A DNA stretch of 64,000 nt from a virus. How positions within the stretch are numbered: the first letter of the stretch is position 1; each line of letters starts with the position of its first letter. The notes under the pieces were generated by a model. That model ran no database searches, had not been told where the DNA came from, and saw only the letters and a list, made by a program, of their open reading frames with translations. The stretch covers positions 1 to 64,000 of IMG/VR virus record IMGVR_UViG_3300025168_000047. The stretch is one strand, 5' to 3'. Shown here piece by piece: positions 49,109 to 57,621 of this stretch. A program made the position numbers and the translations under genes.

Positions 49109-49309
49109 ATGACACAGTTAAAAGCACATTTAGATAAATTTTTAGAGAGATGGACATCCCGCAAACTTATGGTTTGGGGTACAGCAACAGCATTCTTGGC
49201 ATTTGATAAGCTCGGCCCTGATGAATGGGTTGCTGTTTCACTAGCGTACATTGGAATTGAGGGCCTTGCTGACATCGCAACGAGGTGGAAGCATGGCGAC
49301 AATCGATGA
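49109..49309 (+). CDS. Small two-TM membrane protein, holin-like
   Basis: SRKL followed by two short hydrophobic helices; 66 aa; AGGAG RBS. Confidence 0.5.
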   Translation: MTQLKAHLDKFLERWTSRKLMVWGTATAFLAFDKLGPDEWVAVSLAYIGIEGLADIATRWKHGDNR

Positions 49310-49725
49310 GTTGGTTAGCATTAAAACATGGTTTGCAAAAGGCTTGGCTCTGGTGCAGACACAATTGGAAAGTTGTTGCTTTATTAGTGTACACTATTCT
49401 TCTTTACTTGTTGTTTAGTAAGAACGCGAGAAACGCAAAATCTGTTCTTGAAGAAACAAGGAACGCCCATAAGGCTGAAATTGATTCTTTAAAGAAGTCG
49501 CATTCTTCAGAACTACAGAAGCGAGACGAGAATCTTAAGAAATATCAAGAAGTTATAAAGCAGATTGAACAAGAGTATGCAGAAAGAAGGGAAGCTTTAT
49601 CAGCAGCTAAAAAGAAGCAAGTCAAGGATATTGTTGATAAACATGGAGATGACCCTCAAAAATTAGCTGAACTTGTAAGAGACAGCTTCGGCTTTGAGAT
49701 TCACGTAGGAGAGGACGATGAATAA
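49306..49725 (+). CDS. Membrane-anchored coiled-coil protein (i-spanin-like)
   Basis: N-terminal TM (VVALLVYTILLYLLF) then long charged coiled coil; ATGA overlap. Confidence 0.5.
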   Translation: MSWLALKHGLQKAWLWCRHNWKVVALLVYTILLYLLFSKNARNAKSVLEETRNAHKAEIDSLKKSHSSELQKRDENLKKYQEVIKQIEQEYAERREALSAAKKKQVKDIVDKHGDDPQKLAELVRDSFGFEIHVGEDDE

Positions 49726-50140
49726 GATCACAGCTTTAGTTTTATTGTTTTTTATTCCAGCCATTGCGCTAGCAGATCCACAGATCGCACCTTTGAATAA
49801 ATATCAAAAGGCACCGTTCTCCGGAGTCTTATACAATTCAGAGGCAATTGCCGAAATGGTTGCTTGGAAAGATACTTTAATCCAACAACACCAGCTAGCT
49901 TTAGATCAATTAAGAGCTAGTCTAAATGCCGAGTGTAGCCTTCAAGTTAATAATCTTCAAGCAGAAGTCGATGCATGTAATGATCGTTATGGCGAAATGC
50001 TCGGAATTAAAAATCAGCAGATTATAAAACTTGAAGAATTAGCTTTAGAGCGTTCAAATTCTTATTCAGTTCTATGGCTTGGTGGCGGAATTATTATTGG
50101 AGTATTGACAACCATTGGGATTGTTTATGTCACAAAATAA
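49718..50140 (+). CDS. Exported coiled-coil protein with C-terminal TM (spanin-like candidate)
   Basis: Signal peptide ending ALA|DP, coiled coil with two Cys, C-terminal hydrophobic helix. Confidence 0.5.
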   Translation: MNKITALVLLFFIPAIALADPQIAPLNKYQKAPFSGVLYNSEAIAEMVAWKDTLIQQHQLALDQLRASLNAECSLQVNNLQAEVDACNDRYGEMLGIKNQQIIKLEELALERSNSYSVLWLGGGIIIGVLTTIGIVYVTK

Positions 50141-50541
50141 TGTGGGCTCTGCTTTTTATATTGTTATGGCCATCTCCCGAACTTAGCCAGACAGTTTATA
50201 ATAGAGGTCATGATCTAGGCCCTCTTGCTGAATTACATTATTATGGTGCTGACGATTTTTGCTCTGTACAGCCTCGTCCGTTATATTCAGGAGAGCTAGA
50301 AGGGCTCCCTCTTTATAAAATATTTTACAACGAGCTTACGAATCTGGTTGGTTTTGAGTTTCGGATACTTTACAACACACAGGCCCCGTATAGTATCCCC
50401 GGTTGCACCCCACCCAACACACCTGAATGTGCAGCACCCCTTAGCTATAACTACAGTGGCTATTCCATTGTTATTACTCAGGAAGAAAAATTCTTGTTTG
50501 AAATCTCGAAATACAACCCTCAGCAAACTATTTATTACTAG
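50140..50541 (+). CDS. Hypothetical protein with N-terminal hydrophobic leader
   Basis: TAATG coupling; MWALLFILLWP leader; fills the gap before the fibre gene. Confidence 0.5.
   Translation: MWALLFILLWPSPELSQTVYNRGHDLGPLAELHYYGADDFCSVQPRPLYSGELEGLPLYKIFYNELTNLVGFEFRILYNTQAPYSIPGCTPPNTPECAAPLSYNYSGYSIVITQEEKFLFEISKYNPQQTIYY
50527..50534 (+). promoter_or_regulatory. Candidate late promoter (ACTATTTA)
   Basis: About 30 nt upstream of fibre gene 50563. Confidence 0.55.
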
Positions 50542-50562
50542 CAAAATAGGGACCAAAAATGC

Positions 50563-53500
50563 ATGGCAACAAAAGGATTCAGACCGGGCGTAGGCAATAT
50601 TGCCAATTATACCGAGGGCAAACTTAAACAAAAAATAAGTCAGTATTCCACTGGCGGCACTACCGACGTATCCAATCTCACAACTAAAATCTCCAGTTCA
50701 TATGATGACCATAACAATTTAGCTGGAGACTTAGTTATCGAAAAGACATTAAACGTGTCTGGTAACTTTTCGACTGCCGGCAATATCTCCGGTTCTGGCA
50801 AAGGTTACTTTGAAAAAGATGTAGAGGTAGCTGACAATCTTTTGGTTTCTGGTTCTGGAACTTTTGTTGGCAACCTGTCAAGCTCCGGAAAAGCTTACTT
50901 TGAAAAAGATGTAGAGGTCGCTGATAATCTTTCGATCTCAGGTTCGGTTACCATCGGCCCGGATGCTGATGGCACCGACCGTACAATCACATTTGGACAC
51001 TCGACTCTAAAGACCACAATCGGTATCGACGACAGCGGAGATGTTTTCGCTATTAATACCGATGACGCATTTGAAGCCGCAAACGATTTACAAATAGATG
51101 CAAGCGGACATGTTACATTAGGCAATGGCAATCTTGTCATCGGTGCCGATGCGGACGGAACGGATAGAACAATCACATTTGGGCACTCTACTTTAAAATC
51201 AACAATCGGTATTGATGATAGTGGTGACGTCTTTGCTATTAATACTGACAACGCTTTTGAGGCAGCTAACGACCTGCAAATTGATACTAACGGAAATGTT
51301 AGTTTAGGTAATGGTGGAATTAGCGTTGCTGGAAACATCTCAGGCTCAGGCAAAGGTTATTTTGAAAAGGACGTTGAGATAGCTGACAATCTAAAAGTCA
51401 CAGGCTCCGCAACAGTCGGATCTCTTGTAGCTAACGGGGTCATCTCCGGTTCTGGTAAAGCATATTTTGAGAAAGACGTCGAAATCGCCGACGACTTAAA
51501 AGTTACAGGCAGTGCAACTATTGGTGGGGATCTCACAGTCAACGGGACAACAACAACCGTTAACTCTACAACAGTGACAATAGACGACCCAATCTTCACT
51601 CTTGGTGGCGACACAGCCCCCGGTTCAGATGACAATAAAGATCGAGGCATCGAATTTAATTGGCATAACGGATCCGCAGCGAAAGTTGGCTTTTTTGGTT
51701 TTGATGACTCAACAGGTTATTTTACTTTTGTTCCCGATGCATCAAACTCTTCAGAAGTTTTTTCAGGGACAAAGGGGACCGTTGATGTTGGAGGGCTTAT
51801 CGTTTCCGGTATTATTTCTGGTTCTGGCAAAGCATATTTTGAAAAAGACGTGGAAATCGCCGACAATCTTTTAGTTACAGGCTCTGCAACCGTTGGGTCT
51901 CTCGTCGCCAACGGCATTATTTCTGGTTCCGGTAAAGCATATTTTGAAAAAGATCTTGAGATTGCCGACAATCTTTTAGTTACTGGTTCTGCAACCGTTG
52001 GGTCTCTTGTAGCTAACGGAATCATCTCTGGTTCTGGTAAAGCATATTTTGAAAAAGATCTTGAGATTGCAGATAATCTTTTAGTTACAGGCTCAATTAC
52101 ATCAAAAGGTAATGTAGTTGTTGGCGCAGATGCAGACGGGACAGACAGAATAATAACTTTTGGTCACTCAACTTTAAAATCTGTGATTGGGATCGACGAT
52201 AGCGGTGACGTCTTTGCTATCAACACAGACAATGCTTTCGAAGCAGCTAACGACCTGCAAATTGATACGAACGGAAATGTATCTTTAGGTAACGGGAACC
52301 TTGCTATTGGGGCCGATGCTGATGGCTCAGATAGAACAATTACCTTTGGACACTCCACATTAAAGTCTGTTATCGGTATTGACGACAGCGGTGATGTTTT
52401 TGCAATCAATACGGACGACGCCTTTGAGGCTGCCAATGACCTACAGATTGATGCTTCTGGCGAGGTTACTCTAGGTAATGGTGGGCTCAGCGTTGCAGGA
52501 AACATTTCTGGTTCCGGAAAGGCATACTTTGAGAAGGACGTTGAAATAGCTGACAACCTTAAAGTCACAGGATCGGCAACAATCGGCTCAGCGGCCACAA
52601 ATACATTTTCAATAGACACTGCCGGTCGAGTGTCCGGATCTGCCGGAGCTATCTTTGAAGGAGACATTGTTACAGCAGATAACATCGCAGCCACTGGTTC
52701 GATAACTGCCGGCACAGGCTTTACGCTTGGTACCGACGCCGATGGAACTGATAGAATAATCACTTTTGGACACTCAACTCTAAAGTCGGTAATTGGTATC
52801 GATGATAGTGGCGATGTCTTTGCTATCAACACGGATGATGCCTTCGAGGCCGCAAACGACTTGCAGATCGATGCTAACGGACATGTAACACTGGGCAACG
52901 GTAATCTTGTTATTGGAGCCGATGCCGATGGCACAGACAGAACAATCACGTTTGGACATTCTACTTTAAAATCGACAATTGGTATCGACGACAGCGGCGA
53001 CGTGTTTGCTATTAATACCGACAATGCCTTCGAGGCAGCGAATGATCTACAAATTGATGCAAACGGGAATGTTAGCTTAGGTAACGGAGCATTGTCGGTT
53101 GCAGGTAACGTTTCTGGTTCTGGTAAAGGTTATTTTGAAAAAGATGTCGAAATTGCTGATAATCTTTTTGTTTCAGGTAATTTAGGCGTAGGAACGTCGA
53201 GTACCCTTTCGGCTTCAATTAATACTAATGGAAATATTAGAGATGTTAAATATTCAAACGGTGCTGGTGCAAGATCTTCTTTGAGATTAGCAAAAGCAAA
53301 AGGGTCTGAAGCTTCCCCTGCAGTTGTAACAAACGCACATTCGGTCGGTCAGGTTGAATTTTCAGCTTTTGATGGTGCAAATTATGTTGAGTGTGCTAGC
53401 ATTGTAGCTAAGATCTCTGGAACCCCCGGTGCCGATGACATGCCGGGAGCCTTACATTTCGCTACAACAGCAGATGGAGCCAAAGAAGTCAGCGATAGAA

Positions 53501-54384
53501 TGGTGATCACAGAAGCTGGAAATACATATTTTAGTGGAAATGTAAAGATCGCCGATGATCAGAGGTTGTTTTTTGGTACCGAAAACGAATGCTTTATTGA
53601 GTATGACGAAAACAATTCCGACTTCCTTGTTATCTCAGGTTCGGATGCAGGGATGGTTCTTTCGGGATCGACAGTACAAATTAGAGGAACACTAGAAGGT
53701 GCGTCTCCGTTGATGATCGCCGGAGGCGTTGAAATGGTGGCATCGTCGAACGGAGGAGAAACTTCCTTTACGTTTGGAGACGGACCATTTGAATTTAGTG
53801 GTTCCTTTATGGCACTAGCTAATGAAAGATGGTTACATTTCGGAAATATGCATCATTGTGGATTACGATGTGCTTCTGGAAGTTGGGATGATTCTTGGTT
53901 TGATATGTCTGGCTCAAACATTTGCCTTTCTGGTTCTTTAATTTCAACAACTGGCAAGATTGGTGTGGGGATAACTTTAGAATCTGATGGGATTACTCAC
54001 GGAATCACGCTTCCAAACACAACCGGAGTCACTGGTAAAGTAAAAGCGAATGCTTATACAACATACTCATCTGCACGATATAAGAACAACATTAAACCAA
54101 TTCAAAATGCCTTAGACACTCTTTGCAGCATCGAAGGGGTCACTTATCGATGGAAATCCAGTGACTTAGAAGATATCGGGTTCATCGCTGAAGATGTTGG
54201 AAAAGTAATGCCAGAAATTGTAGAATGGGAATCTGATGGAGTCAACGCACAGTCGATGGATTACACTAGAATAACCCCAGTTTTGGTCGAAGCTGTGAAA
54301 GAACAGCAGACTCAAATAAAAAAACAAAAAAAATTAATAGAGCAACTTTTTGAAAAGATTGAAGAACTTGAAAAAGACTCTTAA
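50563..54384 (+). CDS. Repeat-rich tail fibre with C-terminal S74 intramolecular chaperone
   Basis: Two internal repeat families; C-terminus TYSSARYKNNI...GVTYRWK...GFIAEDV...MDYTRITPVLVEAVKE plus coiled coil. Confidence 0.82.
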   Translation: MATKGFRPGVGNIANYTEGKLKQKISQYSTGGTTDVSNLTTKISSSYDDHNNLAGDLVIEKTLNVSGNFSTAGNISGSGKGYFEKDVEVADNLLVSGSGTFVGNLSSSGKAYFEKDVEVADNLSISGSVTIGPDADGTDRTITFGHSTLKTTIGIDDSGDVFAINTDDAFEAANDLQIDASGHVTLGNGNLVIGADADGTDRTITFGHSTLKSTIGIDDSGDVFAINTDNAFEAANDLQIDTNGNVSLGNGGISVAGNISGSGKGYFEKDVEIADNLKVTGSATVGSLVANGVISGSGKAYFEKDVEIADDLKVTGSATIGGDLTVNGTTTTVNSTTVTIDDPIFTLGGDTAPGSDDNKDRGIEFNWHNGSAAKVGFFGFDDSTGYFTFVPDASNSSEVFSGTKGTVDVGGLIVSGIISGSGKAYFEKDVEIADNLLVTGSATVGSLVANGIISGSGKAYFEKDLEIADNLLVTGSATVGSLVANGIISGSGKAYFEKDLEIADNLLVTGSITSKGNVVVGADADGTDRIITFGHSTLKSVIGIDDSGDVFAINTDNAFEAANDLQIDTNGNVSLGNGNLAIGADADGSDRTITFGHSTLKSVIGIDDSGDVFAINTDDAFEAANDLQIDASGEVTLGNGGLSVAGNISGSGKAYFEKDVEIADNLKVTGSATIGSAATNTFSIDTAGRVSGSAGAIFEGDIVTADNIAATGSITAGTGFTLGTDADGTDRIITFGHSTLKSVIGIDDSGDVFAINTDDAFEAANDLQIDANGHVTLGNGNLVIGADADGTDRTITFGHSTLKSTIGIDDSGDVFAINTDNAFEAANDLQIDANGNVSLGNGALSVAGNVSGSGKGYFEKDVEIADNLFVSGNLGVGTSSTLSASINTNGNIRDVKYSNGAGARSSLRLAKAKGSEASPAVVTNAHSVGQVEFSAFDGANYVECASIVAKISGTPGADDMPGALHFATTADGAKEVSDRMVITEAGNTYFSGNVKIADDQRLFFGTENECFIEYDENNSDFLVISGSDAGMVLSGSTVQIRGTLEGASPLMIAGGVEMVASSNGGETSFTFGDGPFEFSGSFMALANERWLHFGNMHHCGLRCASGSWDDSWFDMSGSNICLSGSLISTTGKIGVGITLESDGITHGITLPNTTGVTGKVKANAYTTYSSARYKNNIKPIQNALDTLCSIEGVTYRWKSSDLEDIGFIAEDVGKVMPEIVEWESDGVNAQSMDYTRITPVLVEAVKEQQTQIKKQKKLIEQLFEKIEELEKDS
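50773..53180 (+). repeat. Coding repeats in fibre 50563: six 186-nt (62-aa) GADADGTDR modules and nine YFEKD modules
   Basis: 62-aa modules start at 50953, 51139, 52120, 52306, 52726 and 52912 (three tandem pairs); interspersed SGSGKAYFEKDVEIADNL units. Confidence 0.9.
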
Positions 54385-54421
54385 ATACCCCTTTTCACCC
54401 TGAATAAATGCCGTCCTTTTT

Positions 54422-54429
54422 ACTATTTA
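54422..54429 (+). promoter_or_regulatory. Candidate late promoter (ACTATTTA)
   Basis: Intergenic, immediately before the structured leader of ORF 54534. Confidence 0.6.
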
Positions 54430-54435
54430 TCTTTA

Positions 54436-54505
54436 GTCGGGGGGCATTTCAATTTAGTCTAAGAATAACACGTTTATTCCGGATTAGATTGGTGCGTCTC
54501 CGCAC
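54436..54505 (+). promoter_or_regulatory. Long imperfect RNA hairpin in 5' leader
   Basis: Nested stems CGGGGGGCAT/GTGC(G)TCTCCG, CAATTTAGTCT/GGATTAGATTG and GAATAA/TTATTC with loop CACGT; several G-U pairs. Confidence 0.6.
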
Positions 54506-54533
54506 ATAATTAGACAAAAAGGAGAAATTAATT

Positions 54534-57500
54534 ATGGCAACAGGGGATCCTACCGTATATTCATCTTACGGTAATTACATTAACCTACAAGACCTCTCAT
54601 CTTCCGCTCAAGCAATTGGTGCTGGATCTGGTGAGTTAGGTGTTATTTTCTTATCTGCAAGCGTATTGCACTTAGGCCAAACTGGTTCCGCCGCAGGCGT
54701 AACCGTTGCAGCCCGCAATATGTCTCTTCCAGATCACGACGGCTCAGCCGTCGGACTTTCACTTGGTGGCGTGCTCGTTACGGCGACTGCTGCTGAGTTG
54801 AACAAACTTGATAACTGCACAGCTACTACAGCAGAACTCAACTACGTTGACGTTACGCCCGGAACAGCAGCAGCTACCAAGGCTCTCGTTCTTGACGCAA
54901 GCAAGAACATTGCAACGATTGGTACAGTTGGTTGTGGTGCTATCACTTCCACAGGTGCATCGTCGTTCGCACAAGGTACTTTTTCTGGACGCATCATCAG
55001 CGATGACGCAACAGAAGCTACTACTACAACAGACGGCTCACTTCAAACCGATGGTGGTTTGAGTGTTGCAAAGAGCGCGGTTGTCGGTGACGACCTCGAC
55101 CTCTTGTCTGACGGCTGTATCGTTAACTTCGGTGCATCCAAAGACATCAGTCTTACACACACAGCCGATACTGGCTTAACTATGGCAGGTGCCCATGCAA
55201 ATGGTACTAACCTTAAACTTAACAATACTGCTGGTGACGGTGACTGTCGCGTTGAATTACAACTTGATGGTACAACTCTTTGGTCCATGGGTGTAGAAGA
55301 TGGTGATAGCGACAAGTTCGTAATCGAAGACGGCGCAGGCGCACTCGGTGCAGATCCTGCATTCGAGATTGCTGCTGACAAGTCGGCTAAATTCTTCGGC
55401 ACATTGGAGGCTACAACCTCCTTCACAATCGGTAGTGCCGCTCTTACAGAGGCTGAGCTTGAGATGCTTGATGGTATCACAGCCGGTACAGTTGCTGCTT
55501 CTAAAGCAGTTGTTGTTGACTCTAACAAAGACGCTGCTTCTTTCCGTAACCTTACTGCTACAGGCGCTGTGACTGCTGGTAGTTTCGTAATTGGCTCCGC
55601 TGACATCAGCGAAGCTGAGCTTGAGACTATTGACGGTGTTACTGCTGGTACAGTTGCTGCTTCTAAAGCAGTTGTTGTTGATAGCAACAAGGACATTTCT
55701 AGCTTCCGTCACCTCACCGCCGCAGGCGCTGTGACTGCTGGTACTTCGTTCATCATCGGTTCTGCCGATCTTAACGAGACCGACATGGAGAAGCTCGATG
55801 GTATCACTGACGGTACTGGTGCTGCAAACAAGGCTCTCGTCCTCGACGGTAGCCGCAACGTTGGCAACATCAACATGCTTACCGCTTCTTACGCTCGCAT
55901 TGGCGAGCTTGACGTTGACTTGATTAACACAATTAACAAGACCGAGACTACTCTCGAAATCCTTGACAAACTTATTATTGTTGCTTCCGGTTCCAACGCT
56001 GCTAACTCTGATGCTGCTGGACTTCAGTTCGGTTCCATTTCTGGAACAGACAACGTTGCTTCGTTACTTTACGACAACGCCAACTCCGCTATCGACTTTA
56101 ACATCGGTGGCACAACAGAGGTTCGTCTTGCTGACGGTGTATTCCGTCCTGAGACAGACAACGATGTTGACCTTGGTGCTTCTGGTGCTGAGTTCAAAGA
56201 TCTTTACATTGACGGTGTTGCTTATGTTGATACTCTCAACGCAGACGCTCTTGGTGCAAACCTTGACCACGCTAACTACAACTCGACAAATGTTGATATC
56301 GACTCCGGTGCAATTGACGGCACTATTATCGGTGCAGCTTCCGCTGCTGCCGCTACGGTCACTACTTTATCTTTGACAGAAATGGGTGCTAACTGGACTA
56401 ACGCCAGCCGCACTGTTGCTGACATGGGTGTAGTAACAACAATGGACCTCAATGGTGGTTCGATTGACGGTACTACAATTGGTGCGGCTTCCGCAACAAC
56501 AGGTGTTTTCACAACACTTACCGCCAACACATCCGTGCTTCCAGACTCTTCTGGTGGTGCTGACCTTGGTTCTACATCTGCTGAATGGGGTGACCTCTTC
56601 ATTGCTGATGACAAGAAGATCCAACTTGGTTCTGGTCAAGACTTCACAATGGAGTATGACGAGGATGGTGACGACGTAGCTCAGTTCGCTGGTGCTAACA
56701 TGCGTCTTGGTCACGGTGCAGCCACAGAACTTCAGTTCCGTGACTCTGCTCTCAAGGTTTACTCTTCGGCTGACGGTCAACTTGACCTTGAAGCTGATAC
56801 TGAGCTTGAGATCACTGCTCCAACATTGGACGTTGACGCTTCTACTGCTGTTGCAATTACTTCGCCTAGCGTTGTAGTCGACAGCGGCACAAGTGACAAG
56901 CCAGTTCTTGAAATCAAGAACACTAACGCCGATGCTAACCCGGGAACTTTGAAGTTCAACAAGGACAGCGCATCTCCAGCAGATAACGATGAACTTGGTG
57001 AGATCGAATTCTACGGTGATGACGATGGTGGTACTGCCACTATGTTCGCTAAGATGGTAGTTTCTTCCACTGACGTTTCTAACGGTTCAGAGGACGGCGA
57101 AATTGCTTTCAAGATCCGCGCAGCAGGCGCAATCAAAGAGATTTCCATGGGTGGAGGCGCAGGTCTCACACTTCCAAACGACAGCACTTACGGTGTTGTT
57201 AAGGCTCACTCTTTGGTAACATATTCTGACGAAACCCTTAAGACTAATATCCAACCTCTTGACTCTGCTCTTGAGATGGTTAGCAAGTTGCAAGGTGTAT
57301 CCTACGACTGGAAGTCTGATGGCTCCTCGGACGTTGGTTTCATCGCTCAGGATGTTCAAAAGGTTATCCCACAGGTTGTCTACGGCAACACTGAGGGTGA
57401 TTACGCTCTTGACTACTCTAAAATGACTTCGATTCTTGTCGAAGCTATGAAAGAGCAACAAGCACAAATCAACGATCTTAAAGCCCAATTGGACAAGTAA
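54534..57500 (+). CDS. Fibre protein with internal repeats and S74 intramolecular chaperone
   Basis: AAGGAG RBS; LDG.TAGTVAASKAVVVDSNKD repeats; TYSDETLKTNI...GVSYDWK...GFIAQDV...LDYSKMTSILVEAMKE. Confidence 0.82.
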   Translation: MATGDPTVYSSYGNYINLQDLSSSAQAIGAGSGELGVIFLSASVLHLGQTGSAAGVTVAARNMSLPDHDGSAVGLSLGGVLVTATAAELNKLDNCTATTAELNYVDVTPGTAAATKALVLDASKNIATIGTVGCGAITSTGASSFAQGTFSGRIISDDATEATTTTDGSLQTDGGLSVAKSAVVGDDLDLLSDGCIVNFGASKDISLTHTADTGLTMAGAHANGTNLKLNNTAGDGDCRVELQLDGTTLWSMGVEDGDSDKFVIEDGAGALGADPAFEIAADKSAKFFGTLEATTSFTIGSAALTEAELEMLDGITAGTVAASKAVVVDSNKDAASFRNLTATGAVTAGSFVIGSADISEAELETIDGVTAGTVAASKAVVVDSNKDISSFRHLTAAGAVTAGTSFIIGSADLNETDMEKLDGITDGTGAANKALVLDGSRNVGNINMLTASYARIGELDVDLINTINKTETTLEILDKLIIVASGSNAANSDAAGLQFGSISGTDNVASLLYDNANSAIDFNIGGTTEVRLADGVFRPETDNDVDLGASGAEFKDLYIDGVAYVDTLNADALGANLDHANYNSTNVDIDSGAIDGTIIGAASAAAATVTTLSLTEMGANWTNASRTVADMGVVTTMDLNGGSIDGTTIGAASATTGVFTTLTANTSVLPDSSGGADLGSTSAEWGDLFIADDKKIQLGSGQDFTMEYDEDGDDVAQFAGANMRLGHGAATELQFRDSALKVYSSADGQLDLEADTELEITAPTLDVDASTAVAITSPSVVVDSGTSDKPVLEIKNTNADANPGTLKFNKDSASPADNDELGEIEFYGDDDGGTATMFAKMVVSSTDVSNGSEDGEIAFKIRAAGAIKEISMGGGAGLTLPNDSTYGVVKAHSLVTYSDETLKTNIQPLDSALEMVSKLQGVSYDWKSDGSSDVGFIAQDVQKVIPQVVYGNTEGDYALDYSKMTSILVEAMKEQQAQINDLKAQLDK
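55485..55681 (+). repeat. Exact 35-nt direct repeat within 162-nt coding repeat units
   Basis: GGTACAGTTGCTGCTTCTAAAGCAGTTGTTGTTGA at 55485-55519 and 55647-55681. Confidence 0.85.
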
Positions 57501-57541
57501 GATTGTATAAAATAGTCGTTTAGTTTCGATTAATCGATAAG

Positions 57542-57586
57542 AGATGCCCCGTTCAGGTTTCGACTTGGGCGGGGCATCTTGCTTTT
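57542..57586 (+). terminator. Intrinsic terminator-like hairpin after fibre gene
   Basis: 17-bp stem AGATGCCCCGTTCAGGT / ACTTGGGCGGGGCATCT (3 G-U) with TTCG loop, followed by TGCTTTT. Confidence 0.8.
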
Positions 57587-57613
57587 AACAAAATCATAAT
57601 TATACTATATAAT
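57585..57613 (+). promoter_or_regulatory. Sigma70-type promoter
   Basis: TTAACA (57585-57590), 17 nt, TATAAT (57608-57613); ATG at 57622. Confidence 0.6.
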
Positions 57614-57621
57614 AATATACG

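Noticed and set aside
50773-55800. Repeats as a CRISPR array or DGR template/variable pair
   Set aside because: Repeats are in-frame coding units with synonymous differences at all bases; no unique spacers, no adenine-specific pattern, no cas or reverse transcriptase gene in the window.
50895-57488. Long minus-strand ORFs (e.g. 52164-53024, 55043-55696, 57087-57488)
   Set aside because: Antisense shadows of repeat-rich, codon-biased fibre genes; no RBS or motifs, and fully overlapped by well-supported + strand genes.
57542-57580. GGTTTCGAC resembling a tmRNA 5' end or tRNA T-loop
   Set aside because: It is the loop region of a simple 17-bp hairpin after a stop codon; no acceptor stem, cloverleaf or CCA context.
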